Numbered from the stretch's first letter, positions 1-15,168 are shown. The stretch: 64,000 bases of DNA from Camelus ferus (GCF_009834535.1 NC_045697.1:84632001-84696000); one strand, 5' to 3'. Numbers and translations: made by a program. The notes: generated by a model from the letters alone, not told the origin.

Positions 1-519
1 ATCTTGTCAAAGATTTCCATATAGCCAGCCCAGTTCTCAGTCCTCATCTAACGTGATTTCTCAGGAGCTCTTGATGCATTTGCCCACTCCTTTTTGGGAC
101 TACTTTCTTACTTCACACCCAGGACAGCAGAATTTTCTAGGTTTTCTCCCCTTTTCCGTGGATATTCTGTTTCAATTTCTTCTTCATCTTGTCAGTTTCC
201 ACTTTTGGGAATGCTTCAGAATGCTGTCCTCAACTGTCTGCTCTTCTCTATTTATGCTTTCTTCCAAGGTTGTTCTAATTTTTTTTAGATAGTAGGTGTA
301 CAAGTTTTATTGTATATTTTTCTTTTTCTTTTTTTTGTAGAATTATTACAGTTCGACTGCACATATGCATTCTATTGCATGTAAATACATATATACAGTA
401 TACTGCACAATTTTTTAGTTTACATATATGTACTAATTATTATTTCTAAGAACAGATTAGATCTTTAGCTTTTTAAACTTACATAGTTATCAAAGGAATT
501 TTTTGACTCTCAACTGGAT

Positions 520-1260
520 GTTTTTCTTTTTGGTCTCTGAACTCCAAACTCAACTGCCTCAACATATCTATTTGACTGCATAATTATATAAAATTAAAAT
601 CCCCCCCAAAAGCTCTTACTTTTGTCTCCTCTCATATGAACTTTTACTGCAAGTTTTTACAGCCTCTGAATATCATCTTCATTTTTTCTGGTTGCTCAAG
701 CAAAATACCTTGAGTTTTCCTTATTTCTCTCTTTCTCATACCCCACATTGAGTTAATTAGAAAATCCTGGTAACTTGATATTCAACATGTCTTGTGTATG
801 ATTACTTCTCATCATCTACTCAGCTACTTCACTGGTTCAATTCATAATTATTACTTACCTGGACTGTCTATTTCCCCACTTCTACTCTTGGCCTTTTTGC
901 ACTCTGTTCTCCACATAACAGTCAGGGTGATCTTATTGAAAAATAAATTGCCTCATGTCACTCTCCTGCTTAAATTTTATCTTATAAAATAAGAATACAA
1001 TTCTAATTTCTTACCATGGTAAATGGGGCCCTCCCTACATGATCTAGTCATTACTTCTTTAATAAATTTACTTTCTACTCCCTTCTCTTCTTGTTTCTTT
1101 GCTTTATCCATATCAAATTTCTTGCTTCCCCCCATCAAAAAAAAAAAAGCTTGTTTCTATTTTAGAGATTTGTATTTGCTATTCTTTCTGCTTAGGATTT
1201 ACTTTGCCTAGATCTTCACATGGAATACCATCAATACCATTCTCTCATTCTTTAAATCTG
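520..1260 (+). mobile_element. Old LINE-2 fragment
   Basis: L2-like phrases: ctgaactccaaact, gttgctcaagcaaaataccttgag, tctgttctccacataacagtcagggtgatctt. Confidence 0.6.
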
Positions 1261-1500
1261 TATTTAAATGTTGTGGTCATTTTTAAAAGTAGAAGTATGT
1301 GATCTATTTAGGGTCAGTATGTTTCATCTCCCTCAAATATATTTTTTAAAATTCTTTGCCATTTAAAAAAATACAATGATTAAGTGTCAACACTTCCACA
1401 TAAAGGATCTTTCCACTGTGAAGTTCTGAATTTATGACTATGTCATTTTCCAGTTTTCAAAAAATAAGCAAGAATATCTTAAACATTTCAGGCAATTGAT

Positions 1501-4000
1501 TGGGTTCAAGATGGTAGTGTAGGAAGATCTTGAACTCACCTCCTCCCGAAGATACAGCAAATCTACAGTTGCATATGAAACAGCTCCCTCTGAAAAGGAC
1601 TCAAGAACTAGCTGAACAGCTACTTCATAACAAAGGATAAAAAAGTCACATCAACATAGGTAGAAGAAGAAGAGATGCAGTCTCACCAAAAATCCTACCC
1701 CTGGCATGGAGACCCACAAATAGGAGGAATCTCACAATTACAGAAATTCTTCTGGAAGAGTGAGAGATTATTCTCCACATGAGGTACCCCAGCCCTCCAC
1801 ACCTGTACCACAGAAACAAACTTTCAAAACATCTGGCTTTGAAAACCAACGAGGCTTACATCCTGAGGAGCCATAGGGCTGTAGGGACTAGAGATTCTGC
1901 TCCTAAGGGTCTCACAGGCAGATTCACTTACCCGGGATTCAGTTTAAGAGCATCAGTTTTTAAAGAGCCCAGACCATATGTGGAGGAGATTCATTTGCTA
2001 ATCTTAAAACATCTACTAGAAGAACAAAAGCTTGTTGGAACTCTCTCTAGGGATGGAAGCACTAGCTGGTGCCATTTTTGTACTCTCACTTTAACTTGCT
2101 AGCACCCATAGCTTTATGCTGCTGCCACAGCCTGCCAAAGGCAATGGGCAAACATCCCACCCCACCTACACCACTGCCACAGCCCTGTCAGAGGCAGTGG
2201 GTGAGCACCACATCCCCTATGTTGCTGCCACAACCTTGCTGGAGATGGTAGGCAAGTGCCCCGCCCTTCTGTGTATGTTCCTGTTGCTTCACTGGAGGTC
2301 GCAGGTGGATGTTCTGCTTCCCCCACAGACCGCAAAACTACTGGGCAAACACTGCACACACAAGGGATGCCCCTTGAGTGCCAGGCTCTGGTGGCTGGGG
2401 GGATTGCATTTCTGATCCATGGGTCTGAAACAGTGAGACACTTTGAGAGACAAACAAGAATGAGGGCAAGGTTAAACAATAAGGCTCATTGCCTACATGA
2501 AGCCACACCTTCAAGACTGGGAGAAGTAGTGGTTTTATCTAACACATAGAAACAAACACAAAGAGTCGGACAAAATGAAAAGTATAGAAGAATGTGTTCC
2601 AAATGACAGAACAAGATCAATCCCCAGGGGAAAAAAACTTAATGAAATAGGGAGATATCTTTACCTGATAAATAATTCTAAGTAACAATCATAAAGATGC
2701 TCACTGAACTTAGGAGGAAATAGAACAAGATGAACAAGAACTTCAACAAAGAGATAGAAAATATAAGTACCAAACAGAAGTCACAAAACTGAAGAATACA
2801 ATAACTGAACTGAAAAATACACTAGAGGGGTTCAACAGTGGGCTTAGATAAAGTAGAAGGAAAAAAAATTAGTGATCTGGAAGACAGTGCAGTGGAATTT
2901 ACTCAAACAGAGCAACAAAAAGAAAAAAAGAATTTAAGAAAGTAAAAATAGCCTAAGGGGCCTATGGGACAACATCAAGGAAGATAATATTCATACGGGG
3001 TTCCACAATGAGACGAGACAAGGAGCAGGGCAGAAAATTTACTTGAAGCAATAACGGCTGAAAACTTCCCTAACCTGGGTAAGGAAACAGATATCCACAT
3101 ATAGGAAGCCCAGAGAATTCCAAACAGGAGGAATCAAAAACAAAACAAGACAAAACAAATCAAAAAAAAACCCCACACCAAGTCACGTTATAATTAAAAT
3201 GCCAAAAGTTAAAAAGAGAATCATAAAAGCAGCAAGAGAAAACTTGTTATGTATAAGGGAACCTCCATAAGACTAACAGCAGATTTCTCAGTTGAAACCT
3301 TGCAGATTAGAAGTGAGTGGCATGATATATACAAAATGGTTAAAGGGAAAAACTTCCAACTAAAAATACTTTACATGTTACCATTTAGAATTAAAGGAGA
3401 GAGCAAGTGTTTTCTAGTTCAGCAAAAGCTAAGGGAATTAATCTACACTAAACTGACCCTGCAAGAAATGTTAAAGGATCTTCTTTAACCTGAAAAGAAA
3501 GGGCACTAATTAGTAACTAGAAAACATATGAGAGTAAAAATTTTCACTAGTAAAGGTAGATATGTAGTACAGGAAGTGGATTAATCACTTAGCAAATATA
3601 AAGATTAAAAGACAAAAATAGTGAAAATAATTATAACTGTGATAATTAGTTAATTTAGCTAGGATACACAGAATTTTTTTTAAAATGTCAAATGTGACAT
3701 CAAAAATGTAAATGGGGGGGTTGTGAAAAATGCATACTTGTAGAATATGTTCAAATTTGCTATCAACTTAGAATAAATTGTTATATATATAGACTATTGT
3801 ACCTGAGCCTCATGATAACTATAAAGCAAAAACCTAGAATAGATACACAAAAGAAAGAGAAACTACAAAACAGCCAGAAAAAAAAATGGCAATAAGTACA
3901 TACCTATCAATAATTATTTTAGATATAAATGGACTAAATTCTCTAATCAAAAGACTGAGTGGCTGAATGGATAAAAAACAAGACCCATCTATATGCTGCC
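1501..4000 (+). mobile_element. LINE-1 5' part: 5'UTR, decayed ORF1, start of ORF2 endonuclease
   Basis: Begins with caagatgg typical of L1 5' ends. ORF1 motifs AENFPNL and YKGTSIRLTADFSVETL. EN-like start 'aatggactaaattctctaatcaaaaga' near 3930. Confidence 0.9.
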
Positions 4001-4314
4001 TTATTTGGTAAGAAAAAGAATCTCATCTATCTGGGCAGATTATGCAGAAGATAACAAACAACTACCTTCTCCTGAGAGCAGACTGAATATTCCTACACCA
4101 ATTTGTCATTTTAATAGAGAGAAAACAACATTCTAGTGCTGTGTTAATGTAATATTTAGCAGTAAAGAATTCATGAAGTTTTTCTTTTTATCTTACAAAT
4201 AACTTCATAAAAGCTGAGCCTACTCTGCAAACATCTCTTCAGACTCATTATTTGCAGTTATTATAAACTAAGACAAAGTTAATTTTCTGCAAACCTAAAC
4301 ATTCTGTCCTTCCT

Positions 4315-4378
4315 TCCGTCTATCCTTCCTTCCCCCCTCCCTCCCTCCTTTTCTTCCTTCCTTCCTTTCTTCCTTTTC
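4315..4378. repeat. CT-rich (CCTT/CCCT)n simple repeat
   Basis: Visible directly. Confidence 0.8.
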
Positions 4379-4389
4379 ACAGCCTTCCC

Positions 4390-5161
4390 CCATTTCTCCA
4401 ACCATACCACCCCCACACTTTGGCAACCACCAATCTGTTTTCTGTACCTATGAACTTGGTTTTTATTTTTAAATTTTTATTATACTTTTCAGATTCTACA
4501 TGTAAGGGAGGTCATATGATATTTGTTTGTCTTTCTCTGCCTTATTTTGCTCAGCACAATGGCTTCAGGCTTCATCTGTGTTATCAAAAATGGCACGGTT
4601 TTATCCTTTTCATGACTGAATAATATTCCATTATATATGTATCATATCTTCTTTAGCCATGTATCCATCTGTAGACACTTAGATTGCTTCTTTATCTTAG
4701 CTATTGTAAATAATTCTGCAGTGAACATGGGGATGCAGATAATGTTTTTGAATTAGTGTTTCTGTTTCCTTCAAATAAATACCCAGAAATAGAATTGCTG
4801 GATTATATGGTAGTTCTACTTTCAATTTTTGAGGAATGTCCATACTGTTCTCCATAGTGGCTGCACCAATTTACATTCCTCCAACAGTGCACAAGCGTTC
4901 TCTTTTCCCCACATTTCTGACAACACTTGTTATTTCTTGTACTTTTGAAAATAGCTATTCTGGCAGGTGTGAGGTGATACCTCACTGCAGTTTTGATTTT
5001 CATTTTCCATTTGATTTACATTGATGATTAGTGATGTTGAGCACCTTTTCACATACCTGTTGGCCATCTGTCTTTTTCTGGGGATGGGGAATGTCTGTTC
5101 AGATCTTCTGCCCATTTTTTAACTGGATTGCTTGTTTTTTCTTGCTATTGGATTATATGAG

Positions 5162-5212
<51 letters not shown>

Positions 5213-5215
5213 ATA

Positions 5216-5256
<41 letters not shown>

Positions 5257-6105
5257 TTGATATTAACCCTTTTTCAGATATATGGTTTGAAAATATTTCC
5301 TCCCATTGGGTAGATTGCCTTTTCATTTTTTTCATGATTTTCTTTGCTGTGCAGAATTTTTTAATTTGCTGTAGTCCTGCTTGTGTATTTTCACGTTTGA
5401 TACCTTTGCTTTTGGTGTCAAATCCAAAAAATCACCACAGAAACCGATGTCAAGGAGCTTACTGTCTATTTTTCCTTCTAGGAGTTTTGAGGTCAGGTCA
5501 TGATGTTCAAGTCTTTAATCTATTTTGTGTTAGTTTTTGTGTATGGTGTAAGATAGTGCTTGAGCTTCATTCTTTTGCCTGTGGCTGTCCAGTTTTCTCA
5601 GCACCATTTATTGAAGAGACTGTGCCTTCCCCATTGTATATTCTTGGCTCCTTTGTCATAAATGAACTGACCATATCTGTGGGGTTTATTTCTGGGCTCT
5701 CTATTCTGTTCCATTGATCTGTGTGTCTGTTTTCATGCCAATACTGTATTGTCTTGATTACTACAGCTTTGTAATAGAGTTTGAAATCAGGGAGCATGAT
5801 GCCTCCAGCTTTATTCTTTCTCAAGATTATTTTGGCTCTTTGGGGTCTTTTGTGTTTCCACACAAATTTTAGAATTTTTTGTTCCAATTCTGTGAAGAAT
5901 GCCATTGTTATTTTTGATAGAGACTGCACTGAATCTGTAGAATGCTTTGGGTAGTATGGATACTTTAGCACCACTTATTGTTGAATTCCATGAGCATGGA
6001 CTATCTTTCCATTTATTTGTGTCTACTTCAGTTTTTTCCTTACTGTCATATGGTTTTCAGTGTACAGATCTTCCACCTCCTTAGTTAAATTTATTTCTAG
6101 GTATT
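4390..6105 (-). mobile_element. LINE-1 3' part (ORF2 C-terminus and 3'UTR), antisense
   Basis: ORF fragments [39 protein letters not shown] and MKIKTAVRYHLTPARIA. Confidence 0.93.
5164..5256. repeat. Compound (TA)n(TG)n(TA)n microsatellite inside L1
   Basis: Visible directly. Confidence 0.95.
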
Positions 6106-7049
6106 AGTTAAATACAATTTTATATTTTTCCTATCAGATCAGTTAAGATTGTATGAAAACTTTAGGAGATTCAGGTTAATTGGTCTCTTCATGAGAAAGC
6201 ACACCTAAGTTTTATTTAAAAGTTATATCTATGCTTTCTACTCCACATTCAAGGCTTGACAGAAACATGGAAGCATTCTTAAGCCAAAATTATGAAAGCA
6301 ATCTGATTTATCAAAAATTTTACCTTTGTTACATAAACATTTTTTATAGAAAAATGTTGGTAAGGAAGGATTTTTACAAAATAGATTAGTAGAACTAAAG
6401 AATTAGAAGTTAGTTCCTTTATATGTAGGAATTCTAGGAATATTATATTTATGTAAACACTCGAAATTTTCTATTAACAAATCATAATCTTTATTTTTAA
6501 GATCTTATATTAATTTATAGAAATTAATTTATTAATGCCCATGGAGGTAGAAAACTATTTCATGCTGTTGAGAGATAAATAAAGAGTGTTCTCAATTATA
6601 GATACAAAGGAGCTTATACCTGTAGTTCTATACTTTTAGAAACAGGTCAAAGGTTAGCACAGAAACACAACAGTGGTTAATATCTCAAAGTGTTTTTTTT
6701 TTCCCCAATACAATTGAGACATATCCCTGCACTAAAAGACAAACAAAAAAAGTGAGGAAAAAGCACCACTTCGTTATCTTTCACTGGCAGAGCTCATCAC
6801 ATGTTCGGACCATAAAACTGGATCTTCGATCTTTGTTGCCACCCATGGGGAATATTATTGATTGTGCACAAATTAGAATCAAAACTAAACTCTGCCAAAA
6901 ATCAAAAACAAAGGTAAAATCTTGAACCCAATAATAGCAGCAGCTCTACTCTTTAATCAACTCCGCTGAGAGATTCCTGTTGACTATCAGGTTTACTAGA
7001 TAGTACACCCAGAATATCATGCCTACCAGGTAGGGCATCCCATATTTTG

Positions 7050-8330
7050 GGATGGGGCCTGACTAATTTGTATACCTTTGGATATTGTGATTTATAGTAA
7101 TGACCATCCTCTTGAAATCTAGCAATATAGAAAAAAAAGGATGTGTAAATTTAAAGCAGGAAAGGGGGAAAAGAAAATTAATAAACTTGCTCAATCTAAT
7201 ACAATGTGATAGTGAGATGGAAGGAACAGAGCAAAAAGTATCATCCATAGAACTTACAAAATAAGATATAGAAACAAATCTTAATATATCAATATTTTAA
7301 ATAACTTTAAATAGGATAAACTTTCCAATTAAAAGACAAAGACTATCAAAGTCTTTGCAATTGGATTTTAGGAATATTGTTATATTCTGTTTATAAAGAA
7401 TACCTAGAATATAAAGATACCTAAAACAATGACAGAGAAGAACTGAAAGAGAAAATAGTGGTATCAGGCTATTACCAATGAAAAGGGAGCTTATGTGGCT
7501 ATGTTAATATTGGGTAAAATACATATTAAGGTAGAATTTTTTTTAATAAAGCAGTATAAGATCTAATGATATATATCTCTATATAGGATTTACATATTTG
7601 GAATAGATACATCTAATATATATTATGTTATATACTTATATATAATCTAATATATATTTATATTTTAGATGTTATATCTTAAACTTCTTTCTTCAGAAAA
7701 AATTTTTCCTAAAGATATATTTTGTCTGGTGTTAATATAGCCAATATTAATATCAATATAAAATATATATTTAATATAGTAAAAAGTAGATGTTAATAGA
7801 TATTACATACACAGTATTGATAATACTATTAATAATATAACAATATTAGTACTATTAGTATGATAGTAATATTAATAAGATATTACTATGGGTATGTATA
7901 TTAGATATATCTAATTATCCCTAACATATAAATGTATATATACATACATACATATGTATGCATTAGAGTATGAAATTTGTATGAACCTAAGTATCCAGTA
8001 TAAGACACTAGAAAAAAGCAAGAATGTATACAAAGAAAATAGAATGAAGGAAATGATCCAACTAAGGACAGAAATTAATATAGGCCAATTTCACTTAAAC
8101 GTTAGAAACAAAAATGCTCAATGTCAAACCAAATAAAGCAGTGTAAAAATACATTGTACATTGTGTGTCAGTGTATAAATATATAAACATAATGTGAAAA
8201 TGCTAAGTGTTGGTAAGGTATGGAACAACTGGAACCCTCACATGCCGTTGCTTGGAATAGAAATTGGTAAAACCACTTTGAAAAACTCTTATCAAACTTT
8301 AACAAATTCATAAATTGAAAATATATGTCC
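7050..8330 (+). mobile_element. Old, highly decayed L1 fragments with an AT-rich low-complexity core
   Basis: ccaattaaaagacaaagactatca (EN region) and ggaacaactggaaccctcacat (ORF2 end). Confidence 0.55.
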
Positions 8331-10260
8331 AAATCATACGAAGTCTCAATACTATATTTAAGAATATTCTAATAATTTTCAAAGTCATCACTCAGACCAC
8401 CTCAAATTTTCCTCAGATTTTCCTGAACTGAAAGATTCACATGAGGACTTGCTGGAAAGACAAAAATATGAACAAGACATAGTCCTTGCCGTAAAGGGAT
8501 TCACGGATAATATCAGATGATAGACCTGATATTACTAATAGAGGAGTTCATCAAAGTCCTCAAGGCATTTACAAAATGATACGGTGAATAATAAATTAGA
8601 AGTACAGATTGCTTCTGCTCAAAGAGGTATGGACGGAAGGTGCATGGAGAATACTTCCTAGAGGTGGTGATATTTAAGTAGGGCCTTGCAGGATGAATAT
8701 GAGTTTTCCTGGAAAGTTAGCTTGGGGGAGAGGTGAAGATAGAATTTTAAATAGCATCAACAACTTTAAAGGTGTGGAGATAAGAAAGTGTATGTTGGAA
8801 GGGTATGCGTAGTAGTGAAAGAAGAAAGTGAGAAAGTATAGTGGGGCCAAATTTCATAATATGTATGTTGTAAAGAGAAATAAGACAGTTATGGTGACTT
8901 CCTAGTACATCAAATTACTTAAAATCTGTTGCTAAAAGAAATGATGCCTCTTTGCAAAAGTACATCATATCACTATTCCAAGTTTTATAGTTAACATATA
9001 CTACTACTGCTTGAATATCACAAGAAACTCCTATTATTTTAATTTAGAAGATTTAGGTCATTTTAGTAAGAAGATAATTTTGAAGAGGGTAAAATGATGA
9101 AATCTGAAGTGCTATGTGCATTAAAAAATATGCTTCATTACTTTGAGAAATTCACTAAACAAGAGTGATTCTCTTTACCGACATTTTTATAGGTAGTTAA
9201 CTCTGCCTGTTGGCTGTTGAAACAAGTGGCATGGGTTTTATAGTGAAAAAAAATGTACTATCTTCCTCATCCTGCATTTAATATGTTTAGAGACACACAA
9301 AAGCACAGTACATTGCTGACAAGCTTAATGTCGTTAACATTTTAAAAACTTCAGTCATAAACTAGGATTCCTTAGGTTATATGCAACAGATATTCACTTG
9401 TGCTTGCTTAAGCTGAAAGAGGGAATTTTACAATGAGGAAATTCAGATACGTCGAGAAAACAAGAAGATTTGAACAGTCAGGCCTCAGGAAAAGTAAAAA
9501 CCAAAGTAACTCCAGGGACCTCAGACTTAAGAGTTCTGTGGTTTCTTAGTTCTAGTCGGCTCTCAGGAATCCAGTTGGCTCTTGGATCTATCAGCTATGA
9601 TCATCCTGGCAGGGTATAGAACAGAGCACTGGGGGCTCACTTCACAATCAGTATACATCGGTGAAAGTATAAAACTTGGGAATGATTCTTCCTTCAAATA
9701 GGTGTTCCAAAGACTTAAAACATTTTGTTTTATACACAGTTGAATGAGTCTAAGGGTCTTACACTCTTCTTTATCTCACTGAACTTATGCATCCTCTTTA
9801 TCCTAGCACTGGGCTATAAAGAAAAAGGTATGCAAAAATAGAACAGTCTGAGTTCAATATTCTCTTTATATTTTGTTTGGGAAAATGTCTGACATAATGT
9901 TTGTCAGAGGCAAAAGCTTCCAGAGAGCTAGTTAGTGGCTATAAAAATACTAAGAAGCATTGTATTAAATATTACCCTTAGCCGGTAGATCCAGCTGAAA
10001 GAAAAATGACAAAAGAGAGGGATGTTCCAAACTAAAAGGACACGGTGAAAAGTCACTGCTCACAGTTTGGAGAAATCAAAAAGTCCCTGTTTGAGTTTTA
10101 ACACAGCTTTTCTATTTGGTTGTACTAGCAGAGGGAAGGGGATCTGAGTTACAGAGGCAGGTGTGTGCCTAGGATTTCACTGGGCTAGTTGTGAGAGAGA
10201 GAGGTGTGTGTCAGGTGTGTGGAGCTGGCCTGAAGCACTAGAGCAGGTACCAGTCCCAAG

Positions 10261-10372
10261 TGACAATGAATATACATATGTTCATGTATAACTGAAAAAT
10301 TGTGCTCTACACTGGAATTTGGCACAACATTGTAAAATGATTGTAAATCAATAAAATAATGTTAAAAAAAAA
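10261..10372 (+). mobile_element. Severely 5'-truncated L1 3' tail with polyA
   Basis: tgctctacactggaatttggcacaacattgtaaaatgattgtaaatcaataaa followed by an A tail. Confidence 0.7.
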
Positions 10373-11469
10373 TGTCACCTGAGGTCTCTGGAAAAGCCAG
10401 AGGGAACATGGTGATTCGTAACACAGGCTAATAGCAGCTGATGGTAACTGCGGGCTTATTGTGTGCCAGATACCTTACATTCTCCTCCTTTATTTCACTT
10501 AATCTTCAAAATAACTCAATGAGATAATCACTATTCTTTACTCTCGTTTACTGAAATGGCCTCACAGAAAGTTCAAACTCTTGGGCCATGTGAATTTCTT
10601 CTAATACTCCCTGTAAACAGATGTCAGCATAAAGAATTTAGGAGGAAAACCAGTCCCTTCACTGTTAAAAGTTTACCCTAAAGTATGCTAAGTGATGACA
10701 GTTTTTTTAGGCAGCTCTAGCCCTTAGTGAAGCCCTAGGTTTGTGCCATATTAAAGGTGTGTAAGCTTTACTGAGGCTATGAATTTGATTATTTTTAAAT
10801 GGCTGGCAATTTAGCAGGTCTTGTTTGCCAAACCCCTCGAGGGTTTTCTTGCAATTATAGAAAAGGGTGTTTCTCACACTTCAGCAAGTGTGAGTATGTC
10901 TCGTTTGTATGCCTGTCCAAAACAGGGTGTACAACTACATGTTCTCATTTCTATTTCTGTATGTTAGAATCAAAGAGGATATTTATTATTATCCTGAGCA
11001 TGCATGACAAAATTAATTATGAAATTATAATTAAGTTAATGAATTTATATTTCTTTAATTTATGTATTATAACTTAAAATATGTAATTACTATAATTAAT
11101 TATTAATTATAGGGAACAACTTTAGTGATCACGGGAAGTAAGTAACACTTTGTAGAACTATGAGTTCCCACGTGACGTTTTATTTCCTTTGGGCATATTT
11201 TATTTCCTTACTTGTACTCTGATTATTTGAATATCTCCCCAACTATGTTTTAGGCATCATTAGCTGGGGACTATAATTTAATGGTAGTTTCAGCATTTGT
11301 GTCACAGTGGCATTTTCCTCAGTTATGCCAAGAGTTAGTAGTCTTTAAGTTTTGTACCTGAAGTACAGCATTTTTACAGCAGTTTGGGAATAATTATTTT
11401 CCATATCTGAGTTTCCCTATCACAGCAATGCCTTCTATTGCTCATCTCTATTCCAAGGCCTATGAATTT

Positions 11470-11995
11470 CTCCACAGTAGAGTTTTCGAAACTAGACGTT
11501 GTGTAGCACCTCCACAGTTTTGCCAACTATGTCGTCTGTACTGTTATATAATTAATATTTTATTTAAATAAATTCACATATTTTACCTAAAATTTATTTA
11601 TGAAGGAACTATGTAACTATTGCAAATGGGAAATCAGAATAAGGCAAGTGATTAATTAGTTCCTTCATAAATAAATTATATATACTTACATATTTTATAG
11701 ATATAATTATGTATGTAGTCATTAAATAGACACAAATGATACACTGGAAAGAAAACTTTGGCTTTATTTTCTTACCTGCCATTAACTGAAATAAAGAGAG
11801 TAGCAGTTGTTTGAGAAGCATCAAATACACAGTGGCACTAATCTGAGACTTTGACATAATAAAGTTAATCAGAAAGAAGTTTTTAAGGGAGTATCTTTCT
11901 TATGATCTAATGCTATGTTAATTAATGACACTTCTTTTAAAATACTCATAATCACCTGTTTACAGCCATGGTCCACTTTGGGAAACATGCTTTAT
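11470..11995. mobile_element. Probable hAT-Charlie-type DNA transposon remnant
   Basis: Ends in cactttgggaaacatgct, resembling a Charlie-type terminus, with an AT-rich body. Confidence 0.4.
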
Positions 11996-14840
11996 AACAT
12001 GGCCCCCAAACAGAATGCACATCAGACCTAAGTTCAAATCCCCTCTCCTTAATCATGTTTGGTTTTTAACAAGTCACTTAATTCCTTTAAACCTTGATTT
12101 CTTCCTGAAAAAGAGGGGTAATAATGTTCACATTTCAAGATTGCTTTGAGAATTTGTGACGTAATGTTCACAGTATGTCTAGCCTTGTGCCTGGAATTTA
12201 TTATTAACACCTACTATGTACCAAGCACACTCCTTTGATGCTTCAGGATCTAGAAGAGTACATGACAGAACTTAATTCTAGGAAGGGAAAATCAACCATT
12301 AGCAACTCAAAGAAAGGGGAAGGTCATTTCAGGCAGTGACTAAATCTCTGAAGTAAATAAAATGAGGCAACATGAAAGAAATTAGCATTCAGGGAGTGCT
12401 AATTTCCTTCCTCACTCTCACTTCTGTATGGTTGGTATTTAATAAATATGGAAAAAGATGAAAACTATTGAGAATATGCCTGTTAACTGAGGTAAACAAA
12501 GGGCAAAAAAACAGAGTGAGTAACAGTTGTGGTTTAAAATACAATTAGATACATGGGGACAAATTTTAAGTTTCTGTACTGCTCTAAGATCTGCCTTGTT
12601 ACTTTTTATAGAACACATGATCTTCTTTTAGAAACAGAGAACATTTAATCATTAATGTCATACAAATAAAATGCAGTTGGGGCTTTGTCACCTACTTTTG
12701 TCATGGTTGTGTTAATAAAATAAGTTCTGGAGATTTTTTTAAAATGGTTTATGAGTTTGATTTCAAGAAAGTTGAGAACATTTTTCCACAAAATTCAAGC
12801 CCCTAAATATACTTTGGGGAAAATTTTAGAAATTTTTGTTTGAATTATCTATATTCTATTTCTACATAGATTACTTCCATTAGATCATGTCTTAAGAGAA
12901 ATTTTTTTTGCAAAAATTTCTGAAAACGTACAGTATAAAAAATAGTAAACTACCATCTTAAACTGAACTGAATGAACCTTTTTTAGACTATGCGGAAGTT
13001 GGAACTTACTGCTGAAGTCAACAATCAGCAGATTCTCTGAGTGGAACAGGGCTCTAGGTCAGGATGCTGACGATGACAGAATGGAAAACCAAGATGGAAT
13101 AATTAGATTATGTATGTAAAACACAGCATGGATTTATACAGATAAAGAGAAACAAGTTCTGAGATTTCAAAGATCTATTGTTCATCCTGTGAAAGATAGA
13201 CTTGAGGCATTGCAGATTAACTTTGGAGGGCCAGGGGGAAAATGTTTCTTCTCTCTTCCAATTCCTTGATCACTTTTCCACTTTAGTCATTTGCAATGGT
13301 TTTGAGTTCTGTTGCTCTTACTGAACTCTGTTAACATCTTTCCAATGTCTAACTGGCTTAATAATTGGAATTAAGATTTTTAAGAAGCAATTAAAAGAGT
13401 AACGAGCTGAGAGAGGATACCCAGTTAGGAAATATCGAAAAGGCAACAGCCCTGCTCTTAGTGTCTTTCATTTCGGCCATTAGTGAATCCTGCTTTTCTT
13501 TCCTAAGTAACTAACTCTTTTGATCTCTGTGAAAGAAGGAAAGATCACGCTGATCCTTAGAATCCACAAATGAATCTCTTCCCCTGCTCCACTTCTTCAA
13601 AGAGCCAGCTAAATTTGACTTGCAGTTATGTTGTCAATGTAATTACCAGGCACAAAAGAAAATTGCTTCCTTTATTATCATAACTGAAAAACACTATTTC
13701 TTTCTTCCATTTTTTTAATGTTACATTTTAAATCAGTGAGATTCATGCTGATTTTATTTTTTTCTCTGGCAACTCACAGTAAGAGACTTTCAAAGTAATG
13801 CTGCATTTTTTTTTTTCTGTCAGAACCCCTACCTCTACAACAAGTAGTTCAGTGCTGTTTGTCTATAATTTACTTTAGAAACATAATGGTTTTATTTCCC
13901 AGAACAGTAAGTATGAATGTTTAACAGACTCAATGATGTAGTGGAAAAAGCTGGGATCTAGTTCTGAACCCAAATATTTACTGTTTGTCCTTCAGCAAGT
14001 GATATCTGAATTCTGAATCTCCTGAATCTGAATTTCTGTCTGAAAACAGTTTCATATCTGTAGAACAACAACATTTTGTCCATAGTGTTATTTGGAAGGA
14101 GGATCAAATGTGGAAATGCATATGTGCTTCTTTTTAAATAGACATGAACTAAAGGTATGTTTTATTGTTACCATGGCTCTAGAATAAAAACTCCAACAGC
14201 ATGCAAGGGCTCATAAAGCATTATGATGGTTAACCTCATCTTGTAGTGCTCATTTTATACAACCACTTGCATTCATTTGGACAGATGTCATTTTGAGAGC
14301 TTGAATTATGGTGTTGAGTACCTGTTCTGCTCTAAACAAATCCATGGAGATGAGCGCTGATATTCCAAACATAGGATGAAAGAGCAGTTCAAATCCACCC
14401 TTCTCACACTGTGTCAGGCTTGACATATATACCCTGCCAATGGACTGCCTCAAAGACTTCATGAAAATTCACTCATAGCAATAATGACACAAATGACATA
14501 CCATCCATAATAACATTGATTCAGTGACAAATCTGTATTAATATTTTGGGATCAACCTGCCTCATTTAATCCACTTCTCTCTCCATTTCCTCTTCCACCA
14601 AACCTACCAGGCAGGAAAGCCTCTGACACACAGGGCTGCGGGGATTTGGACTGTGTGGCTGTATCATCCAGAATCTCTCTGAAATCCAGAGTACCTTAGG
14701 GATTTCAGGTCTGTAGCAAATTGGAGACCCTTAAAAGGCTGAAGTAAAATTGCATTTTATTTTGTGGAGTAAGATGGAACTGAGTAGAGCTGACTGAGGA
14801 AAAGATCTCTGAACACAGAGCCTAACAGGTAACAAGACTC

Positions 14841-15115
14841 TGTGATGGTTAATTTTATATGTCAATTTGACTAGGCTGTGGTGCACAGTAGTTTGGTCAA
14901 ACACCAGCCTAGATTCTAAAGAAGAAGGAATTCATCTACAAGACTCCAACAGAGATACCCTGCCTAAATTTCTCACCTCTCTGACCAGCTTGCATAATTT
15001 CGACTCAATACTGCAACAGTAACTCTCATGTGACGTTTTAGACTGTCAGCTTGCCGTGCAGATTTCAGACTCACCAGCCCTCATAAACAAGTAAGCTAGT
15101 TTCTTACAATAAAGT
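14841..15115 (+). mobile_element. MLT2 (ERVL) LTR fragment
   Basis: Starts tgtgatggttaattttatatgtcaatttgactaggct, the characteristic MLT2 5' end. Confidence 0.8.
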
Positions 15116-15140
15116 GCTCATGCACTCTCCCTCTGCCTGA

Positions 15141-15168
15141 AATAAACAAATAAGTAAATAAACAAATT

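Noticed and set aside
1646..2549. Cluster of 60-120 aa ORFs
   Set aside because: They lie in a GC-richer L1 5'UTR with no coding features.
5031..5717. 228-aa ORF, the longest in the track
   Set aside because: It is the antisense of L1 ORF2 running through a TA/TG microsatellite.
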